From contig CP181291.1 of NCBI GenBank assembly GCA_052279835.1, positions 1,120,001 to 1,184,000 of the forward strand: a stretch of 64,000 nt of DNA, written 5' to 3'. A program made the position numbers and the translations under genes. Under the pieces are notes generated by a model. That model did not search any database and was not told the origin of the DNA. It saw only the letters and a program-made list of their open reading frames with translations. This DNA is from Microcoleus sp. GTDB lineage: Bacteria; Cyanobacteriota; Cyanobacteriia; Cyanobacteriales; Microcoleaceae. Every line of letters begins with the position of its first letter. Within the stretch, counting starts at the first letter, position 1. Positions 14,110-23,713 of this stretch are shown one piece after another.

Positions 14110-14351
14110 GTACATTAAATGTTAATATTCCCGATTCAATTTACAAAAGTATGCAAGAACTAGCGCAACAAGATAATATTTCGGTTGATCAATTTATTGC
14201 AGCGGCAATCGCTGAAAAAATATCTGTCTTGATGAATGAATCCTATCTTCAGGAACGAGCAAATAGAGGAAGTCGAGAAAAATACGAATCGGTATTAGCT
14301 AAAGTACCAGATATTGAGCCAGAAGACTATGACAAGCTGACACAAGCTTAA
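14106..14351 (+). CDS. Ribbon-helix-helix antitoxin, partner of the PIN toxin
   Basis: LNVNIPDSIYKSMQELAQQDNISVDQFI; ATGA overlap with the toxin stop. Confidence 0.85.
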   Translation: MSTLNVNIPDSIYKSMQELAQQDNISVDQFIAAAIAEKISVLMNESYLQERANRGSREKYESVLAKVPDIEPEDYDKLTQA

Positions 14352-14463
14352 AATCTCAAGGCAAAGTGCGATCGCCGATCAATAAAAAAGTGAGGGGCGA
14401 TCGCATCCAGACAAAGAGTACGATCGCCTATCCATAAAAAAGTAAAAAGCGATCGCATTCGCT

Positions 14464-14599
14464 GTAGGTTGGGTTGAGCAGCATTGAGCTTATTGCCTGT
14501 CATTTATCGAATCAGGCGAAACCCAACATCCATTGGCTTGAGCGGGGCTTAGGTGTTGGGCGGAGTGAAACGCAGGGTTCATGCTTCAACCCAACCTAC
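14464..14599. repeat. REP-like palindromic element GTAGGTTGGGTT...AACCCAACCTAC
   Basis: Perfect terminal inverted repeat with internal AACCCAAC/GTTGGG arms. Confidence 0.75.
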
Positions 14600-14726
14600 G
14601 ATGTGGGCGATCGCACTGTTGCCAGAAACAAAGGTGATGACAAGGCGTGCAAGACCTGAGTTTAACGAGTTGGCAGTGAACTTCAACGCGACACCCGCCA
14701 AATTTTAATCGTTTTGTGCTTCAAAA

Positions 14727-16250
14727 TTAAGGAATACCACACTTGGCAAGTTTTGGTACCAGCACAGATAATCTGTTACTAGGTAACTTGTTGTTATCAA
14801 ACATTTGGGGCAAGTGTCCTATGGGAGCATTGAGGCTAAAATTGTAGTCATCGTATTTTAACCAACGTTGATTTATCCGCCATCCTACACTGTCGCCAAA
14901 GCGTTCATAGATTTCATTGGTTGCTTCTGAACTACCACCAACACTTTTCCAAATAAATTGTTGAACGCTAAAGCCAAACTTTCTTTTACTATATTTCACC
15001 CATAATTGATTAATTTCGCCAAGGTCTTTACAGGGAAAATTGTTTATAGATTTTATATCAAGCCAACCCTCTTTTTCTCGACCAGAAGCCTTAAGCATGA
15101 CATTACGAGTTTCTACATCTGCTTCTTTCCATTTTTCTAATTTCAGTAAATTTTCGAGTTGAGTATAGTCTACGCTTGTTGTAATAGAAATAGAACTCGG
15201 CGAACTCGTCACCACGGGACTAGGCGAACTAACATCTCTCGGACTAACAGAACTCCCACCTAATTTAGAAACCCAAAACCCAAGTCCTCCCCCTAAAACC
15301 AACAACACCACCGCCCCCACGCCTAGAGGTAAATTAGTTTTCCGCTTTGTCAACTTTTGCGCTAGTTCCTCTATCCGCTGCAAAAGCACCTGGGTATTGT
15401 GCGGTCTATCCCCTGGCCTTCGCGCCATCAAATTATCAATAAAATCTGCCAAACTCGGTGAAATATTCGCCGCCTGTCGCCAGCGAAACACATCGTTATG
15501 GGCATCGTAAAAATTTAAAGGATGCTGTCCCGTCAGCAAATACACAAACGTCCGTCCCAATGCAAAAAAATCTGATTGCGGTACAGCTTGGAAATTTGCT
15601 TGTTCCGGTGGAGTGTACCCAGCAGAAACTATCCCCGTAATTTGCTGTCCCACACCCACTTTGGCAAGATAAGTATAGGTCGCTTCCCTCGCCGTGCCAA
15701 AATCAATCAACACCAACTGCCCATTCGGTCTTAGCATGATATTGGGCGGCTTAATATCCCGATGGAAATACTGCTTCCCATGTACTAAATGCAATATTTC
15801 TGCGATTTGCTTTAACCAGGCTATTGCTTGCCGTTCAGAAATGGGATGATTTCCCTGCTGTTTTAGCCACTCTTCTAAGTTTGACCCCTCAATTTTTTCC
15901 ATGACAAAGCAGTGCAATATCAACCCGTTTCTGGTTGGATACTGAAAATAACCATCGACTTTGGGAATACCGAGATGCTGGAATTGCGCTAATACTTTTG
16001 CTTCCTGCTGAAATAGTTCGACTACTTTGGCGTTGTTGTTGTGATGTTCTTTGAGGACTTTCAGTATTTTAGAGATTCCCCGTTCTTCTGCGGTGTAAAT
16101 TTTGCCAAAACCGCTGTCATCGCTGAGAAGTCGCATCACGCGATCGCGTCCTTGCAGCAGTAAGTCGGAACCGCAACTTTGACAGTGGCGGTTGTTAGTG
16201 TTCTGCGAGTGGTCTGGTTTTGGGCAAGTTGGGTTGATGCAAAGGCTCAT
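14727..16250 (-). CDS. Ser/Thr protein kinase with TM helix and C-terminal GUN4 domain
   Basis: 4-Cys N-terminal prefix, HRDIKPPN, DFG, TM segment, then YTQLENLL..WKEAD.ET..FGFSVQ..APIGHLP. Confidence 0.92.
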   Translation of the reverse strand: MSLCINPTCPKPDHSQNTNNRHCQSCGSDLLLQGRDRVMRLLSDDSGFGKIYTAEERGISKILKVLKEHHNNNAKVVELFQQEAKVLAQFQHLGIPKVDGYFQYPTRNGLILHCFVMEKIEGSNLEEWLKQQGNHPISERQAIAWLKQIAEILHLVHGKQYFHRDIKPPNIMLRPNGQLVLIDFGTAREATYTYLAKVGVGQQITGIVSAGYTPPEQANFQAVPQSDFFALGRTFVYLLTGQHPLNFYDAHNDVFRWRQAANISPSLADFIDNLMARRPGDRPHNTQVLLQRIEELAQKLTKRKTNLPLGVGAVVLLVLGGGLGFWVSKLGGSSVSPRDVSSPSPVVTSSPSSISITTSVDYTQLENLLKLEKWKEADVETRNVMLKASGREKEGWLDIKSINNFPCKDLGEINQLWVKYSKRKFGFSVQQFIWKSVGGSSEATNEIYERFGDSVGWRINQRWLKYDDYNFSLNAPIGHLPQMFDNNKLPSNRLSVLVPKLAKCGIP

Positions 16251-16401
16251 AGCTAGTATTGAGAGCGGTTACTTGTAGTATATAGGAGCCGTCTTTCCTT
16301 TGAGATTAGTTATTTCTGTCGTACCCGATTCGTGATACCGTGCCTGAATTTGAGCGATCGAAAAGATTGAGACGCTTCAACATTTTACTACGATTACAAT
16401 C

Positions 16402-16470
16402 TACCCGTACACGGAAAACAAGCAGATATAATTGCTGATGTCGTCAAGGTTTTGCTAGATTACTTGGGGC
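16402..16470 (+). pseudogene. Internal fragment of a Uma2 gene (diverged copy of 17231-17299)
   Basis: tacccgtacacggaaaacaagca...ttgctagatt aligns with the downstream Uma2 gene. Confidence 0.75.
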
Positions 16471-16482
16471 AACAGCACCAAT

Positions 16483-16587
16483 AAAGTTAAAATTGAAATG
16501 GTTGGTAAATTACGACAGTTGGGATTGAAGGATGAGCAAATTGCAGAGGTGCTAGGGTTAGCCTTGGAGGTGGTTAAATCATTATAA
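16483..16587 (+). pseudogene. C-terminal fragment of an Rpn/DUF2887-type putative nuclease
   Basis: Translates KVKIEMVGKLRQLGLKDEQIAEVLGLALEVVKSL*, the typical tail of this family. Confidence 0.6.
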
Positions 16588-16623
16588 TATATAATATTTG
16601 CCGTATTTCTGGGAAGCAGTATC

Positions 16624-16965
16624 ATGCCAAGGATTCAGTTAGATTTAGGTTTGAATCGCTTAGGAATGTTTGCCGAACAAACGATCGCCTTTTGTAAAAA
16701 GTGGCGGATCGTAGAGTTAGCGCTGTTTGGTTCGGTTTTGCGAGAAGATTTTTGCCCAGAAACAAGCGACATAGATATACTCGTAACTTTTGCACCTGAT
16801 TACCGATGGACATTTGATGACGCGATGCAGATGCAGGAGGAACTTGAAACTTTATGCGGACGCAAGGTAGATATCCTTAGCAAACAATGTATCGAACAAA
16901 GTATTAACTGGATTAGAAAACAAGAAATTCTCAACTCTGCAAAGGTAATTTATGTCAGCAAATAG
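16624..16965 (+). CDS. Minimal nucleotidyltransferase (MNT antitoxin)
   Basis: LFGSVLR...SDIDILV and GRKVD motifs. Confidence 0.9.
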   Translation: MPRIQLDLGLNRLGMFAEQTIAFCKKWRIVELALFGSVLREDFCPETSDIDILVTFAPDYRWTFDDAMQMQEELETLCGRKVDILSKQCIEQSINWIRKQEILNSAKVIYVSK

Positions 16966-17011
16966 AGATATGGCTTCCCTGTTGGATATTAGCCCGATCG
17001 CACAAATCTGA
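16952..17011 (+). pseudogene. Truncated HEPN/DUF86 toxin start
   Basis: MSANRDMASLLDI overlaps the MNT stop as in MNT-HEPN operons; similarity ends at CGATCGC (16995-17001). Confidence 0.6.
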
Positions 17012-17067
17012 ACCACTGGCGACTCTGGCTTGAAACACATATAATTCAATCAGGAGGTATAAGCTTT

Positions 17068-17709
17068 ATGTTTGCAGTCGTCACCCCAGAAAAAATTCAC
17101 TTGCCCCCAGGAACACTTATAAAATTCCCCGGAAACTGGCAGGATTACCAAGCACTTGTAGAACAATTGGGCGATCGTTCAATTCCGCGCATCAAATATC
17201 GGCCAGGAGAAATTTTGTTAATGTCCCCTTTACCCGTACACGGAAAACAAGCAAATATCATTGCTGATGTTGTCAAAGTTTTGCTAGATTGCTTGGGGCG
17301 AGATTATGAAGCGTTTACGCCAATTACGATGGATTTGCCGGAGGAAAGAGGAATTGAACCAGATTATTGTTTTTATATTGATAATTGCGCGGCAATTCTT
17401 GGTAAAGATCGGATTGCTTGGGGTGTCGAACCACCGCCGGATTTGGTGATTGAAGTAGACGTAACTAGCTATACGGATTTAGATGATTATTTGCCTTATC
17501 AAGTGCCAGAAGTGTGGCTGTTTAAGAAAAATAGGCTAATAATTTACTGTTTGCAGAATGGTCGATATGTCGAAAGTTTAATCAGCCGTTATTTTCCCAA
17601 TTTTAATGTATCAGAAATTGTGGAGGAATGCTGGCAAATGTCGCGCGACACCCATACAAGTACAGTAATTCGGGAGTTGCGACGGAAAATTGAGAGGGAG
17701 AATCCTTGA
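17068..17709 (+). CDS. Uma2 family endonuclease
   Basis: MSPLPVHG, EPDYCFY, PPDLVIEVD, VPEVW. Confidence 0.92.
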   Translation: MFAVVTPEKIHLPPGTLIKFPGNWQDYQALVEQLGDRSIPRIKYRPGEILLMSPLPVHGKQANIIADVVKVLLDCLGRDYEAFTPITMDLPEERGIEPDYCFYIDNCAAILGKDRIAWGVEPPPDLVIEVDVTSYTDLDDYLPYQVPEVWLFKKNRLIIYCLQNGRYVESLISRYFPNFNVSEIVEECWQMSRDTHTSTVIRELRRKIERENP

Positions 17710-17725
17710 ATCACTATAGCCTTTC

Positions 17726-18682
17726 TCAGATAGATGAGGTGCAATAACAGCAGTGAGTAAACCAATTCCACAGGTCTTGCTCATCAATTTGCTCAAATGC
17801 GCTTACTATCGCCGAGTCTAATGCTTGATAGGTTCTCGCACCAAAAGTACGGAGAAGATACTTCAGCTTTGACCATACATTTTCAATTGGCGAAAAGTCG
17901 GGAGAATACGGGGGTAAAAATATTAACTTTGCTCCCGCTTTCTTAATGGCTTTTTCTATTTCTTCCCCTTTGTGAATACTATAGTTGTCCATCAATACAC
18001 AAGCACCTTTCCAGAGTTTTGGCACAAGTTTTCTGATGATAAAAGCCTCAAAAGTAATCCCATCTATTGAGCCTAATAAATTCACTGATGTCAGCAGTTT
18101 TTTGACAGATATTGCTCCCAATATCGAGACATTTTTGCCACGTCTATTTGGTTTAGGCCCAAGGGCTCTTGAGCCTTTTAACGACCGGGCATATAATCTA
18201 ACCATAGCTAGATTAACCCCCGACTCATCAATAAATATTAAATTATTCATATTCAGATTTCGGATTTGCTGCCAGAACTCATATCGAAGGTTTTGAACTC
18301 TGTCACTGCCTTTAGCTGAGGGGAAGAGAGTTTTTTTTTTGTAAGTTATGTTCAACCGTTGTGCCATTCTTCCCATTGTAGCCCTACTGATATTTACGCC
18401 GATTTTTTGCTCGAGTAAATGACAGAGTTCTTCGAGGGTGGCATCGTTATTTTTTTCAATTAATTCCGCTAAAATAACCAGTTGTTCAGGTTTGAGTTTA
18501 AGTAGGCCCCCGCATCGATGAGTTTGAGGGGCAATACTTTGGGTTTGGCGATACTGTTTAAGCAATTTTTGAACGAAGCTAGTCGCCACACAAAACCGCT
18601 TGGCTATTTGTCTTTGTGAGATGGGCTCACTATGGTAAACATTAATTATTTTTTGTCGAAAGTCAATAGAATAAGATTTCAT
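17726..18682 (-). CDS. IS630 family transposase (likely start ATG 18682, MKSYSIDFRQK)
   Basis: HTH N-terminus, FIDESG, MDNYSIH, LPPYSPDFSPIE DDE motifs. Confidence 0.93.
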   Translation of the reverse strand: MKSYSIDFRQKIINVYHSEPISQRQIAKRFCVATSFVQKLLKQYRQTQSIAPQTHRCGGLLKLKPEQLVILAELIEKNNDATLEELCHLLEQKIGVNISRATMGRMAQRLNITYKKKTLFPSAKGSDRVQNLRYEFWQQIRNLNMNNLIFIDESGVNLAMVRLYARSLKGSRALGPKPNRRGKNVSILGAISVKKLLTSVNLLGSIDGITFEAFIIRKLVPKLWKGACVLMDNYSIHKGEEIEKAIKKAGAKLIFLPPYSPDFSPIENVWSKLKYLLRTFGARTYQALDSAIVSAFEQIDEQDLWNWFTHCCYCTSSI

Positions 18683-18720
18683 TTTTAGTAAGGTGTGATG
18701 CTTTTTACAATCAGGGAATA

Positions 18721-18859
18721 GCTGTGACCCGATCGACTGCTTTTGGCGATCGACTGCTGTGACCCGATCGACTGCTTTTGGCGATCGACTGCTTTTGGCG
18801 ATCGACTGCTGTGACCCGATCGACTGCTGTGACCCGATCGACTGCTGTGACCCGATCGG
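18721..18859. repeat. Minisatellite of 18-bp (GCTGTGACCCGATCGACT) and 17-bp (GCTTTTGGCGATCGACT) units
   Basis: Eight units in order A B A B B A A A', no unique spacers. Confidence 0.95.
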
Positions 18860-18967
18860 GGCTTCAATCACAAGATTGAATTAGAGCTGTGCGATCTTTT
18901 TGAACTAAATATTTTCCACTCTGTTCTTGTCAGTTACATTGTATCTCATCTACCTGAGAAAGGCTAT

Positions 18968-19130
18968 AATATCAATAACAGGCAAGATGCCTGTTCCACC
19001 AAGAGTGAATTTTCTTGTGGGGTGGGCATCCTGCCCGCCCGCAAAAGGCTAGTTGAGAATGATGCAATATCTCAGATCGATCGCACTTTTTGACTAATAT
19101 CAATAACAGGCAAGATGCCTGTTCCACAAA
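18968..19130. repeat. Direct repeat AATATCAATAACAGGCAAGATGCCTGTTCCAC (2 copies), dispersed palindromic repeat family
   Basis: Copies at about 18968 and 19097. Confidence 0.75.
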
Positions 19131-19242
19131 GACAGTACCCGCACCCACCTCAGATGCGGACTTTGCACGCCGGCAGTAAGCAGGTGCAATTGCCAGCTAT
19201 ATTGACATATAAGCCGAAAGTAGAAAAAATAAAGGTACGAGC

Positions 19243-20703
19243 ATGGCATCCATCCGCGAGTTGCACCGACAACTGGTCAATAAAGAACGCTCTGCTGTGG
19301 AAATTACTCAAGAAGCATTAGACCGTATTACCCAGCTAGAGCCAAAATTAAAAAGCTTTCTGTGCGTGACAGCAGACCGCGCAATGGCGCAGGCAGTCCA
19401 AGTGGATGCCCAAATTGCCGCCGGAGAAGAAATTGGGCTCTTGGCCGGAATCCCGATCGCCGTTAAAGACAATATGTGTACCCAAGGCGTTCCCACAACC
19501 TGCGCCTCTCGGATTTTGGAGAATTTTGTCCCTCCTTACGACGCCACTGTTGTCTCGAAACTCCAAGCCGCTGGTGCGGTGATTGTGGGTAAGGCGAACA
19601 TGGACGAGTTCGCAATGGGGAGCTCGACAGAAACTTCTGCTTATCAAGTTACAGCGAATCCTTGGGACTTAGAGCGGGTTCCCGGTGGTTCTTCTGGCGG
19701 TTCTGCCTCTGCGGTAGCGGCGGGAGAATGCGTTGTGAGTTTGGGTTCGGATACTGGAGGTTCGATCCGTCAACCAGCTTCCTTTTGTGGCTTGGTAGGG
19801 CTAAAACCCACCTATGGGTTGGTTTCTCGCTACGGTTTGGTGGCCTATGCTTCTTCTCTCGATCAAATCGGCCCCTTTGGCCGGACTGTTGAGGATACGG
19901 CAATTTTGTTGGGGGCGATCGCCGGTTACGATCAGAGAGATTCCACGAGTCTGAATGTGGAAATTCCTGATTATGCTCAAGCTTTGAGACCTAATTTGCG
20001 CCCGAAAGGTCAGATTAGAATCGGGGTAATTAAAGAAACTTTTGGTGTAGGGTTAGAGCCTGCGGTGAAAGAATGTGTTACTAAGGCGATCGAACAATTT
20101 CAAAAGTTGGGAGCAGAAATTCAAGTAGTTTCTTGTCCCAGGTTCCGCTACGGTTTGCCCACTTACTACATTATTGCTCCCTCGGAAGCTTCGGCAAATT
20201 TGGCGAGATATGATGGAGTTAAGTACGGTTTCCGGGCTGCTGACTCTGATAATCTTTTGGATATGTATGCCAAAACTCGCTCTCAAGGGTTTGGTTCCGA
20301 GGTGAAGCGCCGGATTGCGATCGGCACTTATGTTTTGTCGGCTGGATATTACGATGCCTACTATTTAAAAGCTCAAAAAGTTCGGACTTTAATTAAAGAA
20401 GACTTTGAGAAAGCTTTTGCTCAAGTTGATGTTTTGGTCTGTCCTACAGCTCCAACTACGGCTTTTAAAGCGGGCGAAAAATTCAACGATCCCTTGAGTA
20501 TGTATTTGTCAGATTTGATGACTATTCCGGTCAATCTGGCTGGTTTGCCCGCTTTGAGTTTGCCCTGTGGCTTTGATGATAAGGGACTACCCGTGGGAAT
20601 ACAACTGATTGGTAATGTTTTGCAAGAATCTCGCTTGTTTCAAGTGGCTCACGCTTACGAGCAGTCTACCAATTGGCACTTGCATAGCCCGAAATTGCAT
20701 TGA
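19243..20703 (+). CDS. gatA: Asp/Glu-tRNA amidotransferase subunit A
   Basis: [40 protein letters not shown]. Confidence 0.98.
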   Translation: MASIRELHRQLVNKERSAVEITQEALDRITQLEPKLKSFLCVTADRAMAQAVQVDAQIAAGEEIGLLAGIPIAVKDNMCTQGVPTTCASRILENFVPPYDATVVSKLQAAGAVIVGKANMDEFAMGSSTETSAYQVTANPWDLERVPGGSSGGSASAVAAGECVVSLGSDTGGSIRQPASFCGLVGLKPTYGLVSRYGLVAYASSLDQIGPFGRTVEDTAILLGAIAGYDQRDSTSLNVEIPDYAQALRPNLRPKGQIRIGVIKETFGVGLEPAVKECVTKAIEQFQKLGAEIQVVSCPRFRYGLPTYYIIAPSEASANLARYDGVKYGFRAADSDNLLDMYAKTRSQGFGSEVKRRIAIGTYVLSAGYYDAYYLKAQKVRTLIKEDFEKAFAQVDVLVCPTAPTTAFKAGEKFNDPLSMYLSDLMTIPVNLAGLPALSLPCGFDDKGLPVGIQLIGNVLQESRLFQVAHAYEQSTNWHLHSPKLH

Positions 20704-20826
20704 TTTTTGAAATTAGGCGGAATGCTGCGGCGCAAGTTAGTAATGGATTATGGCTAATTATGTCAATTCATAATTAGCCATAAATTTTGACTAATAGCCC
20801 ATTAGCCGTGCACTCTCCTATTTCCC

Positions 20827-21849
20827 ATGAATAACTTGCTGGTATTAATTTTGTCTAAATCTTTCATCGGTTTTGGGATATTTCTGGCGATCGCCTATTC
20901 TGGTGCTTGTGTCTATTTATTTGTAGCGCAAGGTAAGTTTATCTTTTTTCCGACGCAGGCGATCTCTTCAACTCCCAAAGATTTTCAGTTGAAATATCAA
21001 GATGTAGTGCTCCCAATTTCCAGTAAAACGGGTGCAGCAGAAAGCGTACACGGCTGGTGGATTCCCACATCCGATACCCCCCCCAGCCCCCCCTTAGCAA
21101 GGGGGGGAGTAAGAAAATCCGTTCCCCTAAACAATGACAAACCCGTCTCTCCCTCTCCTGTCCCCCCCCTTCACAAGGAAGGCTCCACTCCTGTCCCCCC
21201 CCTTATAAAGGGGGGGTTAGGGGGGGTAGTCTTATACCTGCACGGGAATGGTTTAAATGTAGGGGCCAACGTGGAACACGCTAATCGATTTCATCGGTTA
21301 GGTTTGTCCGTATTCCTCATAGATTATCGCGGTTATGGAAAAAGCCAGGGCGAGTTTCCGACAGAATCTCAGGTTTATGAAGATGCTCAACTCGCTATGG
21401 ATTATTTAGTAAAACAACGGGGAATTAACCCTAAGCAAATTTATATTTATGGTCATTCTTTGGGAGGGGCGATCGCGATCGATCTAGCAGTGCGAAACCC
21501 GGAGGCGGGGGGGTTAATCGTGGAAGGCTCTTTTACTTCGGCACGGGAAATGGTAGACTTTCAGTCTGGGGTGTATCGGATATTTCCAATCGATTTATTG
21601 TTGAGACAGCGGTTTGATTCTATTGCTAAAGTCGATCGCCTGGAAATGCCTGTACTATTTATTCACGGAACCGCTGATACTGTAGTTCCCGTTGAAATGA
21701 GCAAAAAACTGTTCGATGCGGCCCTTGAACCCAAACAGTTGTACATAGTTCCCGATGCCGGTCACAATAATTTAGCAGACTTTGCTGGTGCTGAATATCT
21801 CGAAAAAATCAGCAATTTTTTTCAACAGGGAAACACGATTAAACATTAA
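20827..21849 (+). CDS. Alpha/beta hydrolase with N-terminal TM and an in-frame repeat insertion
   Basis: YLHGNG, DYRGYG, GHSLGG nucleophile, HGTADTVVP, AGHNN. Confidence 0.9.
   Translation: MNNLLVLILSKSFIGFGIFLAIAYSGACVYLFVAQGKFIFFPTQAISSTPKDFQLKYQDVVLPISSKTGAAESVHGWWIPTSDTPPSPPLARGGVRKSVPLNNDKPVSPSPVPPLHKEGSTPVPPLIKGGLGGVVLYLHGNGLNVGANVEHANRFHRLGLSVFLIDYRGYGKSQGEFPTESQVYEDAQLAMDYLVKQRGINPKQIYIYGHSLGGAIAIDLAVRNPEAGGLIVEGSFTSAREMVDFQSGVYRIFPIDLLLRQRFDSIAKVDRLEMPVLFIHGTADTVVPVEMSKKLFDAALEPKQLYIVPDAGHNNLADFAGAEYLEKISNFFQQGNTIKH
21077..21226. repeat. CCCCCCTT..AAGGGGGG palindromic repeat cluster inside the hydrolase CDS
   Basis: Three C-run/G-run units; same family is intergenic at about 62210-62240. 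Confidence 0.8.
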
Positions 21850-21936
21850 ATAGTAAACACAATCATCCAGATACCCGAATTTTTCAAAAAGTCGGGCATC
21901 TAACTGCGATCGCCTAATTCCTGAATTTGAAAATAT

Positions 21937-22653
21937 TCAAAGGGCTGGACAGTAATTGCAGTAATTATTCATCTTGATTGATTCTGATTCCTCTTTCTTA
22001 GCTGGACAACCTCGCTGAGATGTTTTTTTGTTGGGCATCCGGGCACCACATAAATTGGCATCTTTGAGATTGGCTTTAATCAATCTAGCATCGCTGAGGT
22101 TGGCATTCCTGAGATCTACACCAGTGAGATTTGCACCAGTTAAATCCGCTTCTGTCAGATCCGCACCGCTGAGATTTGCACCAGTTAAATCAGCATTCCT
22201 GAGATCGGTCCCACTTAGTTGAGATGCACTCAAATTCGTACATTTTAAATTAGTAAACTGGAGAGAAGCCTCTCTCAGAGAACTCTCGCTGAGGTTAGCA
22301 TTTTCTAAGTTCGCTCCCCTGATGTCAGCCCTGCTGATGTTAGCTTTGCTGATGTCAGCGTTGGTCAAAAAGGCATTTCTCATGTTGGCGTTGTTTAAAT
22401 TAGCTTCCATTAAATCAGCCCCGGTTAAATCAGCATCAATCAGGTCTGCCCTGCTCAGGATGGCACCGCTTAAATCAACTCCAAACAGGTCTGCACGGTT
22501 CAAGGAAGCTCCAAATAGGTCGCATCCTGGACATCCTCTGGTTTCTAACAGTCGCTGGACTAGGGACAAATTTTGAGCTGGTAAGGGAACTGCTGCGAAA
22601 AATGGTAGCAGCACTATTGCTGCTGTCAGAATAGTCCGTTGGATTTTGGTCAT
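21937..22653 (-). CDS. Secreted pentapeptide repeat protein
   Basis: Signal peptide, LLETRGCPGCDL, many A(D/N)Lxx repeats. Confidence 0.93.
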   Translation of the reverse strand: MTKIQRTILTAAIVLLPFFAAVPLPAQNLSLVQRLLETRGCPGCDLFGASLNRADLFGVDLSGAILSRADLIDADLTGADLMEANLNNANMRNAFLTNADISKANISRADIRGANLENANLSESSLREASLQFTNLKCTNLSASQLSGTDLRNADLTGANLSGADLTEADLTGANLTGVDLRNANLSDARLIKANLKDANLCGARMPNKKTSQRGCPAKKEESESIKMNNYCNYCPAL

Positions 22654-23059
22654 AGCAAATATTACTTACGTAGTTCGGGTGAAAGTTCCGGTAACAGTAG
22701 AGGTTTCAGGGTGGGCTAGAATATCTGAGCCATCAGCAGTCTCAGCAATCAAAGGGTTCTCCATGTAGGGGTTACACCCCCTCGAACAAACGAATTTAGA
22801 GTACAAAGGAGGAATATTTATACTCTGTTAAGTTTTGTTTTACTACGGAGGGTAATGGTCTGCGTACAGGTGTTGAGTAACTAAGCCAATTGGCTTAGAG
22901 TCTTTAGACATATTGCTGATGCCTTGGCTTCTAGAAAAAAGATAGCATTCTTGTGTAATCGCCGAAATAATACTGAGTACAAAAGTATAAAAAAGTACGG
23001 CTAGTAAACGGCGGGTGTGCAAATTGATTAAAGCTAACACTTTCAGACGAGGAGAACAA

Positions 23060-23713
23060 ATGTCTACTAGCATAGATGAACTGGCAGAAGGCGGCCGTGG
23101 TATTAAACTCATGTGGCAGATTGCAGACAAGCTAAGTTACACCCGCACTTGCGAGGGTCGCAATTGTTTGTTACTGAGTAAAAGTTACGACGCAGAGGGC
23201 CGTGTTCGACACAAAACAAATCAAAAAGCCAGTGCTTTAGATGGCTTACTAAATTTTTTAAATCGGTGGGACTGGCTGGATATAGAACAACAGGAAGAAG
23301 TATTAGACGATATTCCCGTGAGAACTCTTAACCTGGAAGTAAATACTGATTTGAATGATGTAACTAAAGTTTTCGAGTTGTTTGAGCAGTTGCAGGATTT
23401 ATCGTTTCCTAGTGAGACTTGGTACGCGCTTCAGCTAGCAGTGGTTGAAGGTTTCACTAATGCAGTTCGTCACGCTCACAAAAATCTGCCCGTTGAAACT
23501 CCTATTCAACTGGAAGTCATGGTTTTTCACGGACGCTTGGAGTTCTTAATTTGGGATTGTGGAGTGTATTTTGATTTGGATGCTAAAATCACAGAATTCA
23601 TGCTGGAAGATAGAAAACAATGCTTGAATTTAGATAACTTCAGCGATCATTCCTTGATTTCTCCTAGCAAAAAAAACAGTTTTGTCAACTCTCTGTTTCT
23701 GATTGCTGGATAA
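23060..23713 (+). CDS. RsbW/anti-sigma-type GHKL ATPase with permuted motif order
   Basis: GAGGAG SD before ATG 23060; EGGRG, EGFTNAVRHAH and IWDCG motifs. Confidence 0.8.
   Translation: MSTSIDELAEGGRGIKLMWQIADKLSYTRTCEGRNCLLLSKSYDAEGRVRHKTNQKASALDGLLNFLNRWDWLDIEQQEEVLDDIPVRTLNLEVNTDLNDVTKVFELFEQLQDLSFPSETWYALQLAVVEGFTNAVRHAHKNLPVETPIQLEVMVFHGRLEFLIWDCGVYFDLDAKITEFMLEDRKQCLNLDNFSDHSLISPSKKNSFVNSLFLIAG

Larger units (their letters stand above)
17717..18966 (-). mobile_element. IS630 family insertion sequence, apparently complete
   Basis: Inverted repeats TAGCCTTTCTCAG(A/G)TAGATGAG at both ends, flanked by TA duplication (17715-16, 18967-68). Confidence 0.92.

Noticed and set aside
14727..17709. 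Diversity-generating retroelement (duplicated segment near a kinase)
   Set aside because: No reverse transcriptase, differences are not adenine-specific, and the duplicate is an internal Uma2 scrap
18721..18859. CRISPR-like array
   Set aside because: 17-18 bp units directly abut, with no unique spacers and no cas genes
18683..18871. N-terminal extension of the transposase in the ORF track
   Set aside because: It is translated minisatellite; the family-typical start is ATG 18682. Kept only as a hypothesis in findings
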